DNA of 64,000 nucleotides from Sphingobacteriales bacterium (GCA_016235125.1 JACRLZ010000005.1:13707-77706), one strand, 5' to 3'; positions 39,930 to 47,945 are shown, counted from the stretch's first letter. Notes: generated by a model from the sequence alone, not told the origin. Numbers and translations: made by a program.

Positions 39930-40489
39930 ATGGATAAGTCATTATTGAAGCCGGTACGCAAATCACATATTGACAAAGGGGAAATCTATTTTTGGACGGC
40001 CACTATTAACAAGTGCCAACGTCTTTTGCGAAGGGATGAATACAAGGAGGTGATTATTGATTCACTGCAATATCTTACGACAATGGCAAGATAGATGTGT
40101 TTGCTTTTGTTATTATGCCAAACCATCTTCATTTTATCTGGCGGGTGAATGAACCAAACGGGAAAGAATCACCACAAGGTTTTTTTATGAAATTCACAGC
40201 CCACACTTTTCAGAAAATGTTACGCAAAGAAGGGAGCGGTGAACTGAATAATTATAAAAAGGATGCCGCCAACAAAAAGTATGAATTTTGGCAACATGAT
40301 TCTTTGGCTATGCCATTATTCACCAGGAAAGCAGCAGTTCAAAAATTGAAATATATACACATGAACCCTCTGGCCGAACACTGACAACTGGTAGAAGACC
40401 CTTGCGATTATAAATACTCATCCGCTATTTATTATGAACGGGACGAAAAGAATTTTTCTTTTCTGAAAGATTTGTGGGAAGAATTTTAG
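39930..40489 (+). pseudogene. REP-associated tyrosine transposase (RAYT, IS200/IS605 Y1 HUH family), inactivated
   Basis: YFWTATI, FAFVIMPNHLH (HUH), FWQ and LKYIHMNP (catalytic Tyr). 1-bp frameshift near 40079 (YLT|DNGKIDV) and in-frame TGA at 40382-40384, where a Trp is expected; the frame continues ...DYKYSSA...EEF to TAG at 40489. Confidence 0.9.
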
Positions 40490-40548
40490 CTGAATGATAA
40501 ACAATAGCCTTCAGCCTGTCATTATACAGAAAAGTTTATGACAATTTG

Positions 40549-40577
40549 TTCCGATGCGTGGAGACACGCATCGTGGC
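40549..40577 (-). repeat. REP-like palindrome, right flank of RAYT (inverted)
   Basis: CGATGCGTG-GAGA-CACGCATCG; inverted copy of the left REP. Confidence 0.85.
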
Positions 40578-40619
40578 AGTTGGCAACCGTGGAAAGGAAC
40601 AACTACCTGCAGGGATCAG

Positions 40620-41525
40620 TTACTGACCACTCACTTTTGTTCCATTCCACTGGCTGGTCGGTTCACTTTCATTATATCCCCACTTTCCGGTAAAGGCAGT
40701 AAAGTTGCTGTTGAAATTAAAAACAAACCTTCCTTTCCCGTTTGACTGGAACCACCACCCGGTAAGTGTCATACCATTCAGGGTGCCTTCAATTTTTCCA
40801 TTATTCCATTTATAAGTTCCAGTTACTTTATTCCCGGTAATGCTTAAAGTCATTTCATTAAAATCAGTTTTATAAGTCCCGGCAATCGCATTACTCCCGG
40901 TGGCAGGAGGATTTGTTTCTGTTTTTTTGGGGATCCATGTGTAAGTGATCGTTCTTTCCACCCAGGTAAAATTGTTCCCGCCGGACAAAACAAATTTCAG
41001 ATACAGGTAGGGTATGAGTTTGCCGTTCCTGTCTATCCCGGGCTTGGGCACTTCAGCTGTACCGGCCATAATTGTTGTTCCGTTAGGTTTTGCATAAGAT
41101 AGTTTTCCCGGCTCAGGTTTCATAAATCCGAAAGAACTCAGCTTAACATAGGCAGAAACATTGCCTGACTCGGCTGTAAGATTGGAAACTATACCACGAA
41201 CGGTCAATTTCTCTCCTGGGGTCATAGTGGAAGGGTTGGTCCATTCCCATGCCACATGCCCGCGGCGGATATGGTCCTTTTTATCAATTGTTGAATAATA
41301 GTTGTACTCAAAACTCAAACCCATGTCACCTGTTTGGGCAGAAAATTTATGGTGTGCAAGGTTGAAGTTTTTATATGTGTTCCTGATAAGCTTCTGAACA
41401 TCAGTCATGGTATCCTTTACATTATATCGCTGCCAATAACCGTCCTGGGATCTGGCTGTCATTGCAAAAAGACAAAACAGCAAAAAAATACCTCCTTTTT
41501 TGAATTGCCCATGAATATTTCTCAT
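40620..41525 (-). CDS. Hypothetical exported beta-rich protein
   Basis: Signal peptide; Pro/Thr linker (KKTETNPPATGS); C-terminal Gly/Trp-rich small beta-barrel-like domain (MTLSITGNKVTGTY...LTGWWFQ...FTGKWG). Confidence 0.8.
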   Translation of the reverse strand: MRNIHGQFKKGGIFLLFCLFAMTARSQDGYWQRYNVKDTMTDVQKLIRNTYKNFNLAHHKFSAQTGDMGLSFEYNYYSTIDKKDHIRRGHVAWEWTNPSTMTPGEKLTVRGIVSNLTAESGNVSAYVKLSSFGFMKPEPGKLSYAKPNGTTIMAGTAEVPKPGIDRNGKLIPYLYLKFVLSGGNNFTWVERTITYTWIPKKTETNPPATGSNAIAGTYKTDFNEMTLSITGNKVTGTYKWNNGKIEGTLNGMTLTGWWFQSNGKGRFVFNFNSNFTAFTGKWGYNESEPTSQWNGTKVSGQ

Positions 41526-42025
41526 AAAATGCTTTTTCTCAATTTAGCATGTGCACCATGTTGTTACAAATGATGATAGTCAATAGCGGGTTTGATAGAC
41601 ATCAGAAAGATTATTTATAGCCTGTTTAAAATCCGGCGGTTGGTTGAAAATTTTTGCCGTTGGTCTTCCAAAAAACAACACGCCGCCGTTGTGTCTTGTG
41701 TGCAGCCATGCAGCGCAGGCAAGAGACCAACGGCATAAATTATAGAGAACTCACTCAACCCGGCTGTTGGTGAAGCTAACACACAATGCCAGGCACAACA
41801 CAAACAGCGGTGTAACCGGGAGTATATGAAGTTTGCTGAGTGAGTGGCAGTGCTTCGCAGGCGACGAGTCCCTCCGCTGATTTTTCTAAAGTTTAGCCGG
41901 CGTGCTGGAGGAGACTTATCGGGGAAGAAATATCATCAAAAGAACTTAACTTCATCTTAAACTAAATCCGGCTGCGGTTCCGGCTGACGGAACATGGAAT
42001 ACCGGCACATCGCCAATGCGTTGCC

Positions 42026-42740
42026 GTTAGCTGGCATATTAATGGACAACTACAAAAGATATTCATATGAAGAAAGGCACTTTGGCAATTCTCTTACTGT
42101 TACCATTTTTTCTTATGGCACAAATAAATAATAAAGTTTCGGAGGGATTTCTCCAGTCTTTTGCTGACGCATTTAATACTCACGATATTAAAGCAATAAT
42201 GTCACATATGACAGATGATTGTGTATTTGAAGCCTCGGCAGGACCTGATATTGATGGACAAAAATTTATTGGTCAAGAGCAAGTTAAGAAGGCGTTCGAA
42301 GACGTTTTTGCAACCTTCCCTGATGCTCGTTGGAGCAATCCAAGACATTTCATAATAGGCGAGAGAGGTTTCACGGAGTGGATCTTTATTGGGACTAAAA
42401 AAGACGGAGTTAAGGTTGAAGTCACAGGATGTGATTTATTTACCTTTAAGGATGGCAAAATAGCAGTTAAAAACTCTTATAGAAAGAATCGTCTTTCAAC
42501 CAAATGAGGAAAACGCCAGCTAACATGAACTGTGTATATAGGCCATCAGGGAAGGATCATATCGTCAATTCTTATTCTTTTGAAAGCAACCCCGAAAGCA
42601 TTCGGGGCCGCCTTCGCAAGTTTTTTTGCTTCCCGCATAGTCTCCGCTTCACTCACCCTTTTCCTGTCCATGTCTGGCCGTGTGCGGCCAAGTGTGTGCA
42701 AGCAGCCGACTTTGGGCCCTACGGAACACACCGTTAACAT
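42026..42740 (+). mobile_element. Candidate integron-like gene cassette (attC-like cores) carrying one ORF
   Basis: GTTAGCTGGC (42026-42035) before the ORF; its exact reverse complement GCCAGCTAAC (42515-42524) 8 nt after the stop; an imperfect long palindrome closing at CCGTTA (42731). No integrase in the window. Confidence 0.5.
42067..42507 (+). CDS. SnoaL-like / NTF2-family exported protein
   Basis: Signal peptide; FADAFNTHDIKAIMSHMTDDCVF, FATFPDARW, GCDLFTFKDGKIAVKNSYRK. Confidence 0.88.
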   Translation: MKKGTLAILLLLPFFLMAQINNKVSEGFLQSFADAFNTHDIKAIMSHMTDDCVFEASAGPDIDGQKFIGQEQVKKAFEDVFATFPDARWSNPRHFIIGERGFTEWIFIGTKKDGVKVEVTGCDLFTFKDGKIAVKNSYRKNRLSTK

Positions 42741-42797
42741 GCGAAGTGCTGGCATATATTGGAACAGCGAAGGAGTTATTAACCCCGGCGTCCCGGC

Positions 42798-42875
42798 TTA
42801 ACACGGCCCGCCGCACGGGAGACACCGGGGCGAACAAAATGGGAATGGTATCAATACAATATCTCCTGTCTTCAT
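42798..42875 (-). pseudogene. Truncated PemK/MazF-type toxin (N-terminal 13 codons)
   Basis: ATG overlaps the stop of the upstream small gene (ATGA). Encodes MKTGDIVLIPFPF, the typical PemK-like start, then unrelated GC-rich hairpin sequence and a stop after 25 aa. Confidence 0.7.
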
Positions 42876-43093
42876 TCTGGCTTATTCTTTTGGTAGTCCT
42901 GGTAGAGGTCTTCTTCTTTTGCCATCCAGAATTTGAAGCTGTCTTCATCTGTTGTGTATTTTCTGATTGTTTCAGTCTCGTTCATTTCATCAGAAACAAT
43001 TATCTCAACAGTCTTATCCTTAAAGGCCGTTTTGATGGACTTAACCAAGTTCTCGGTTAATTGACTGTTATGAAGACGATAGACGGTTGTCAT
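42872..43093 (-). CDS. Small putative antitoxin
   Basis: 73 aa, acidic C-terminus (DEDSFKFWMAKEEDLYQDY); translationally coupled to the PemK-like fragment. Confidence 0.65.
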   Translation of the reverse strand: MTTVYRLHNSQLTENLVKSIKTAFKDKTVEIIVSDEMNETETIRKYTTDEDSFKFWMAKEEDLYQDYQKNKPE

Positions 43094-43127
43094 GGATTAA
43101 GCGTACAAATTATTCCTAACACGATTC

Positions 43128-43379
43128 TTACACCAGCTCCAGCTTTTTGAATTCGGCCCCGCTGAATATTCTGCACAGGTTAATATCTTTTGTTTTACTA
43201 TATGCTGCAGCATTGGCTTCAATAACTATTCTCCAGAAATTCTTCTTGCTTAGTTCTTCAAAATCGGGTGCTTTAATAAAGGTTCCGGTAACGGAACTGC
43301 GGATTTTGAAACTGATTTTAACCAGCGCATTCTCCTGTTTTTTCTTTCCTACAAATTCGCCTACTTTTTCTATTGTCAT
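43128..43379 (-). CDS. Small hypothetical protein
   Basis: 83-aa ORF with AT-rich translation initiation region and protein-like composition (KNFWRIV, RIFSGAEF); no function recognised. Confidence 0.7.
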   Translation of the reverse strand: MTIEKVGEFVGKKKQENALVKISFKIRSSVTGTFIKAPDFEELSKKNFWRIVIEANAAAYSKTKDINLCRIFSGAEFKKLELV

Positions 43380-43562
43380 ATATGTTTTTTTAAAATGAAT
43401 TATTATTTACCGACTGTGCGGCCACAACCAAAGCAAGGCAACAAAAAGAAAAGAGGAGATTAACTTTTACCGGTAGATAGCAAGAAGTACACTTATCCTG
43501 ACTGAATGTTGGAATACTGATTTCAATGAAGGTAGGCTTTTTAAATGAGAATGGGGGATTTA

Positions 43563-43620
43563 GATGCTGGCTTGCCCACCGAAGCTTCAGCGGAGGTGGG
43601 ATACTGGATACTGGTTACTT
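43563..43620. repeat. Heptamer micro-array interrupted by a palindrome
   Basis: GATGCTG ... CCCACC-GAAGCTTC-AGCGGA-GGTGGG (43575-43600) then GATACTG GATACTG GTTACTT. Confidence 0.65.
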
Positions 43621-43713
43621 GCAGTTTGAACTGAACTGTTGCATTTGAAGCCTTCAATTTTTTTGGTACTTAATAAATAAAAACCTCTTTATTGAGTTTC
43701 ATGTTAATCACAC

Positions 43714-44991
43714 CTAACTGTAATTGAGAATCATATCCTCCTTCCTATGTCTTATCGCAAACCACCCTGTCACAATTAATGATAGAACAAAGTAAGCCCC
43801 CAACACATACTTAACAGAAGCCACCCACTGGCTCGCACCAAACCAATCCTGCTGCTCATAAATAAACCAAAGACCCAAACCGCAGCGCAAGGCTTCCCAA
43901 ACAATAGCATATCGGTTACGGTCCATCAGGTCGGTAAGGGCATATACACTTATAAAAACAAATGCGCCATACCAGTAAATATAATATTGGTCAAGGCTGT
44001 TGATGTAAGCAATGTTTCCAAACAGGTAGCTGATAAATAAAAGTATCATCACCAGTTGCACCCATGCCCAAGCATTAAAGAGGGGAGTTGTTTTGGTATC
44101 AAATTTTTCAAAATGATACAGATCTTCTATTTTCTTTACCGGGTATTTCTCCGCCATATCAGCAGGGCGGTAGCCGGTGGATTTAAACCAAAGTGTAAAC
44201 TTATCTTTCCAGCTATGGGTTCTCCATGCATCTTTTATCATCAGCCAGAGATGCTGAAAATTTATTTTAATGGGGTTCCATGTTTTGGCAGGTCTTGTAA
44301 TACCATAGACGGGAGGAACATCTGCTTTTTCTTCCACAAAAGTTCCAAACAGTTTGTCCCATACAATAAATATTTGCGAAAGATTTTTATCCATGTACTC
44401 CGGGTTCACGGCATGGTGCACCCTGTGGTGGCTGGGTGTAACAATTATTTTTTCCAGGAATCCCATCTTCTTTATATGCCGGGTGTGGTACCAAAACTGT
44501 GCAAAGAGTTGCAGCGGCGCCACTATGGCTATTACATCCCAGGGGATACCAAGTAATGCCGCCGGCAGCAATAAGATGGTAAACAGGTTGAAGAAGGAGG
44601 AGATGCTTTGCCTTAGTGCACAGGCAAGATTGAACTCTTCGCTGCTGTGATGGATGACATGCAGGTTCCAGAACAAATTTACCTTATGGCTCCAGCGGTG
44701 TACCCAGTAGCCGTTAAAGTCAATAATGATAAAAGTGATGACGTAGACGATAAGTTTGTTGTCAATATGCGTCAACGCCATATTGTTCAGCATAAATGGA
44801 TAGATGCTGATGGAGAAGGCAAGGCCCAGTACATCCTTGGTAACATTGGTGACTCCGGAGCCGAGTGAGGAGATCATGTCCATATTGCGGACAGTATCAA
44901 ATCCTTTTTTCCAGCCCCACCATTTTTCAAATAATACCAATGCAAGAAAGGCGGGCATGGCGATAAGCAGTATTTTGCCGTAGGTTTCCAT
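43714..44991 (-). CDS. Fatty-acid hydroxylase/sterol desaturase family, alkylglycerol monooxygenase-like
   Basis: His boxes HRWSH, HVIHH and HHRVHH; SSEEFNLACALRQ. Start ATG 44991 just after a TAAATTTG -7 element (44997-45004). Confidence 0.88.
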   Translation of the reverse strand: METYGKILLIAMPAFLALVLFEKWWGWKKGFDTVRNMDMISSLGSGVTNVTKDVLGLAFSISIYPFMLNNMALTHIDNKLIVYVITFIIIDFNGYWVHRWSHKVNLFWNLHVIHHSSEEFNLACALRQSISSFFNLFTILLLPAALLGIPWDVIAIVAPLQLFAQFWYHTRHIKKMGFLEKIIVTPSHHRVHHAVNPEYMDKNLSQIFIVWDKLFGTFVEEKADVPPVYGITRPAKTWNPIKINFQHLWLMIKDAWRTHSWKDKFTLWFKSTGYRPADMAEKYPVKKIEDLYHFEKFDTKTTPLFNAWAWVQLVMILLFISYLFGNIAYINSLDQYYIYWYGAFVFISVYALTDLMDRNRYAIVWEALRCGLGLWFIYEQQDWFGASQWVASVKYVLGAYFVLSLIVTGWFAIRHRKEDMILNYS

Positions 44992-45013
44992 GTCAACAAA
45001 TTTAAAAAGAAAA

Positions 45014-45090
45014 TGCCACAAAGACTCAAAGGCACAAAGGAGGTCTTCTGCTGATGCGCCTTAACTTAGTGTCTTAGAGCCTTAGTGGCA
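45014..45090. repeat. 8-nt-period inverted-arm hairpin element (copy C)
   Basis: CAAAG at 45019/45027/45035; CTTAG at 45065/45073/45081; ends TGCCAC...GTGGCA. Confidence 0.8.
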
Positions 45091-45097
45091 AAAATCT

Positions 45098-46099
45098 ATG
45101 AAACACATTTTCCATTGCATAGATGCTCACACTTGTGGTAACCCGGTGAGGTTAGTAAAGGAAGGCGGTCCTGTTCTCATTGGAAAGAACATGAGTGAAA
45201 AGCGGCAGCATTTTCTTAGAGAATATGACTGGATAAGAACGGGGCTGATGTTTGAACCAAGAGGACATGACATGATGAGCGGCAGCATCCTTTATCCTCC
45301 ACATGACCCGGCGAATGATGTAGCAGTGTTATTTATTGAAACCAGCGGTTGCCTGCCGATGTGCGGACATGGAACAATCGGAACGATCACTATTGGAATT
45401 GAAGAGGGACTGATAAAACCCAAAACACCGGGGACAGTAAGGCTTGAGACACCAGCAGGTCTTGTTAATATTCAATATTCAATATTCAATAATAAATGTT
45501 CAAGTGTTAAACTCACGAATGTTCCGGCATTTCTTCATTCATCTGAGTTGACTGCAGATTGTCCTGAAATGGGCGAACTGGTTATTGATGTGGCTTATGG
45601 CGGAAATTTTTATGCGATAGTGGATGTGCAGAAGAATTTTAAAGGGCTGGAACATTATTCTGCTGATAAATTAATTGCATGGGCAAGGGAGCTGCGGAAC
45701 AATATTAATGCGAAATATGAATTCATTCATCCCGAAGACGCAACGATAAAAGGTTGTTCGCATGTTTTATGGACCGGCGCTGTGCTGGATAAAACTTCCA
45801 CTGCAAGGAATGCGGTTTTTTACGGAGAAAAAGCGATTGACCGATCACCCTGCGGCACAGGCACCAGTGCAAGAATGGCGCAGTGGTATGCAAAAGGAAA
45901 ATTGAAGATGGGAGATGAGTTTATTCATGAAAGTATTATCGGGAGTAAGTTTGTAGGGAGGATAGAAGAAGAATTGACATTGGCTGGTAAGGCGGCAATC
46001 AGGCCCAGTGTGGAAGGCTGGGCGAAGATTTATGGATATAATACCATCTGGATAGATAAGGATGATGATCCTTATGCTTATGGATTTTCCGTTGTATGA
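45098..46099 (+). CDS. 4-hydroxyproline 2-epimerase / proline racemase family
   Basis: IDAHTCGNPVR, FEPRGHDMMSG, catalytic MCGHGT and DRSPCGTG (Cys/Cys pair); adjacent to a D-amino-acid dehydrogenase. Confidence 0.92.
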   Translation: MKHIFHCIDAHTCGNPVRLVKEGGPVLIGKNMSEKRQHFLREYDWIRTGLMFEPRGHDMMSGSILYPPHDPANDVAVLFIETSGCLPMCGHGTIGTITIGIEEGLIKPKTPGTVRLETPAGLVNIQYSIFNNKCSSVKLTNVPAFLHSSELTADCPEMGELVIDVAYGGNFYAIVDVQKNFKGLEHYSADKLIAWARELRNNINAKYEFIHPEDATIKGCSHVLWTGAVLDKTSTARNAVFYGEKAIDRSPCGTGTSARMAQWYAKGKLKMGDEFIHESIIGSKFVGRIEEELTLAGKAAIRPSVEGWAKIYGYNTIWIDKDDDPYAYGFSVV

Positions 46100-46103
46100 G
46101 TTG

Positions 46104-46160
46104 CTCACAGATGACACAGATTTGCACAGATCATCTGTGAACATCCGTGAAATCTGTGAG
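46104..46160. repeat. 9/10-nt-period inverted-arm hairpin element
   Basis: CACAGAT at 46106/46115/46125; ATCTGTG/ATCCGTG at 46133/46143/46152; perfect outer inverted repeat CTCACAGAT/ATCTGTGAG. Confidence 0.82.
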
Positions 46161-46187
46161 AGATATTTTAAACAGCAAAATTGTGGT

Positions 46188-46661
46188 ATGGAAATGAAAC
46201 AATACCTTATTGACACTTTCCGGTTTAATGACCATGCTAACAAAATGATGCTGGAGAAAATAAAGCAGCTTCCGGATAAATCAGAAGCAGTAAAATATTT
46301 CAGTCACCTGATCAACTCGCAGAACAAATGGCTGAAGCGGATACAGGTTTATCCTGAAGACCCAAAGATGGACTGGTGGGAGCCAATGTATAAATTGGAA
46401 GAGTTGGAACCAGAGTGGGATAAAAGCCTGCAGGCATGGATTGATTTTCTGAAAACAAAATCAGAAAGTGATTTAATGGAAGAAGTAAAATTTGTGGGTT
46501 ATGATGGTGCTCATTGGAGTTGTGTATTAAAAGATATAGCCTTACAACTGAATTACCATTCCATTCATCATCGGGCTCAGGTGCAAACCATCATCCGGCA
46601 GCAGGGTTTGGAGCCGGATTTTATTGATTATATAGGAACTAAATACAAAAGACTGGGATAA
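46188..46661 (+). CDS. DinB/YfiT-family protein
   Basis: FRFNDHANK, SHLINSQNKWLKRI, HSIHHRAQV. Start at ATG 46188 or 46194; the upstream ORF-track extension runs through the repeat. Confidence 0.87.
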   Translation: MEMKQYLIDTFRFNDHANKMMLEKIKQLPDKSEAVKYFSHLINSQNKWLKRIQVYPEDPKMDWWEPMYKLEELEPEWDKSLQAWIDFLKTKSESDLMEEVKFVGYDGAHWSCVLKDIALQLNYHSIHHRAQVQTIIRQQGLEPDFIDYIGTKYKRLG

Positions 46662-47935
46662 TGAAAGTGATCATCATCGGCGGCGGCATTATTGGATTAA
46701 GCTCTGCATTTTATTTACATCGTTCGGGTTGGGATGTAACTGTTCTTGATAAAAGTGATTTCAGTGACAATTGTTCTTATGGCAATGCCGGCTATATCTG
46801 CCCAAGCCATTTTATCCCTTTGGCCACTCCGGGTATTGTAAAAAAAGGATTGAAATGGATGTGGAATTCAAGAAGCCCTTTTTATGTGCAGCCAAGGCTG
46901 GACTGGAACCTCATCAACTGGGGATTGAAGTTCATGCGGATCGCTACAGCAAAGCATGTGGAAGATTCAGCTATTCCTTTAAGAGATATTGCTCTCATCA
47001 GTCAAAGAGAATATGAAAGCTGGCTGCAGTTACAGGGTTTTGATTTTGCGTACGAACATAAAGGCCTTCTCGAGATCTTTCAGACAAATGAAGGAGCCGA
47101 CCATGCCCATCATACCTGTGAAAAAGCACATGAACTGGGACTGACAGATACCGTTTTATTAAGCAAAGCTGAATTGGATAAACTGGAACCACAAACAAGC
47201 ATCAATGCTAAAGGAGCATTATTGTTTAAATGCGATGCACATTGTTATCCCAATAAACTGATGCAGCAGTTGATCGCTTATCTGAAGCAGCAGGGGGTAA
47301 TGTTTGTTGCGAATGAAGAAGTAACGGGGTTTGAGAAAGATGGAAAAGTAAACAGGGTATCTAAAGTATATACAGTAAATACCATCAGTGGGGAGAAAAA
47401 TATTTTTGAAGCTGATGAGATTGTTATTGCCACGGGTTCATGGGGGCGAGAAACAGCAAAGATGCTTGGATTAAAACTTCCTTTGATGCCGGGCAGAGGA
47501 TACTCGGTTACACTGGAAAACTCTCCGTACAAAGTAAATTACCCGGCTGTGCTGCTGGAAGGAAGGGTGGCCGTCACACCGATGGATGGAAATAAAATAC
47601 GATTTGGAGGAACGATGGAGATAACATCTCATAAAACACCACCGAGGATGAACCGTGTGCAGGGAATATTGGATGCAGTGAGAAGATTTTATCCGGAGTT
47701 TGATGTGCCGCTGCCTCCCAAAGAAAAAGTTTGGTATGGTTACAGGCCTTGCTCTGCCGACGGCCTGCCTTATCTTGGCCGAATAAAAAAATATACTAAT
47801 GTAACTGTTGCAACAGGTCATTCCATGCTTGGTTTGAGTCTGGGGGCAGGAACCGGCAAGTTGGTGGATGAGATTGTAAATAATAACCCGACAAGTATGG
47901 ATATAAAACCTTTTATGGTGGATCGTTTCTCCTGA
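46661..47935 (+). CDS. FAD-dependent D-amino-acid dehydrogenase (DadA-like; probable D-hydroxyproline dehydrogenase)
   Basis: IIGGGIIGLSSA, CSYGNAG, WYGYRPCSADGLPYLG, ATGHSMLGLSLGAGTG. Confidence 0.9.
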   Translation: MKVIIIGGGIIGLSSAFYLHRSGWDVTVLDKSDFSDNCSYGNAGYICPSHFIPLATPGIVKKGLKWMWNSRSPFYVQPRLDWNLINWGLKFMRIATAKHVEDSAIPLRDIALISQREYESWLQLQGFDFAYEHKGLLEIFQTNEGADHAHHTCEKAHELGLTDTVLLSKAELDKLEPQTSINAKGALLFKCDAHCYPNKLMQQLIAYLKQQGVMFVANEEVTGFEKDGKVNRVSKVYTVNTISGEKNIFEADEIVIATGSWGRETAKMLGLKLPLMPGRGYSVTLENSPYKVNYPAVLLEGRVAVTPMDGNKIRFGGTMEITSHKTPPRMNRVQGILDAVRRFYPEFDVPLPPKEKVWYGYRPCSADGLPYLGRIKKYTNVTVATGHSMLGLSLGAGTGKLVDEIVNNNPTSMDIKPFMVDRFS

Positions 47936-47945
47936 AAAGGATTTA

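Noticed and set aside
40071-40100. Programmed frameshift in RAYT
   Set aside because: No slippery heptamer at the site, and a second lesion (TGA at 40382) shows decay or sequencing error instead.
39545-40745. Two ORFs both starting MRGDTHRG (39545-39877 minus, 40554-40745 plus)
   Set aside because: The shared N-terminus is simply the translated REP palindrome; these are not paralogous genes.
42504-43060. ORFs 42504-42737, 42532-42801, 42546-42755, 42649-42948 and 42680-43060
   Set aside because: Mutually overlapping frames across GC-rich palindromic DNA and the antitoxin; none resembles a protein family.
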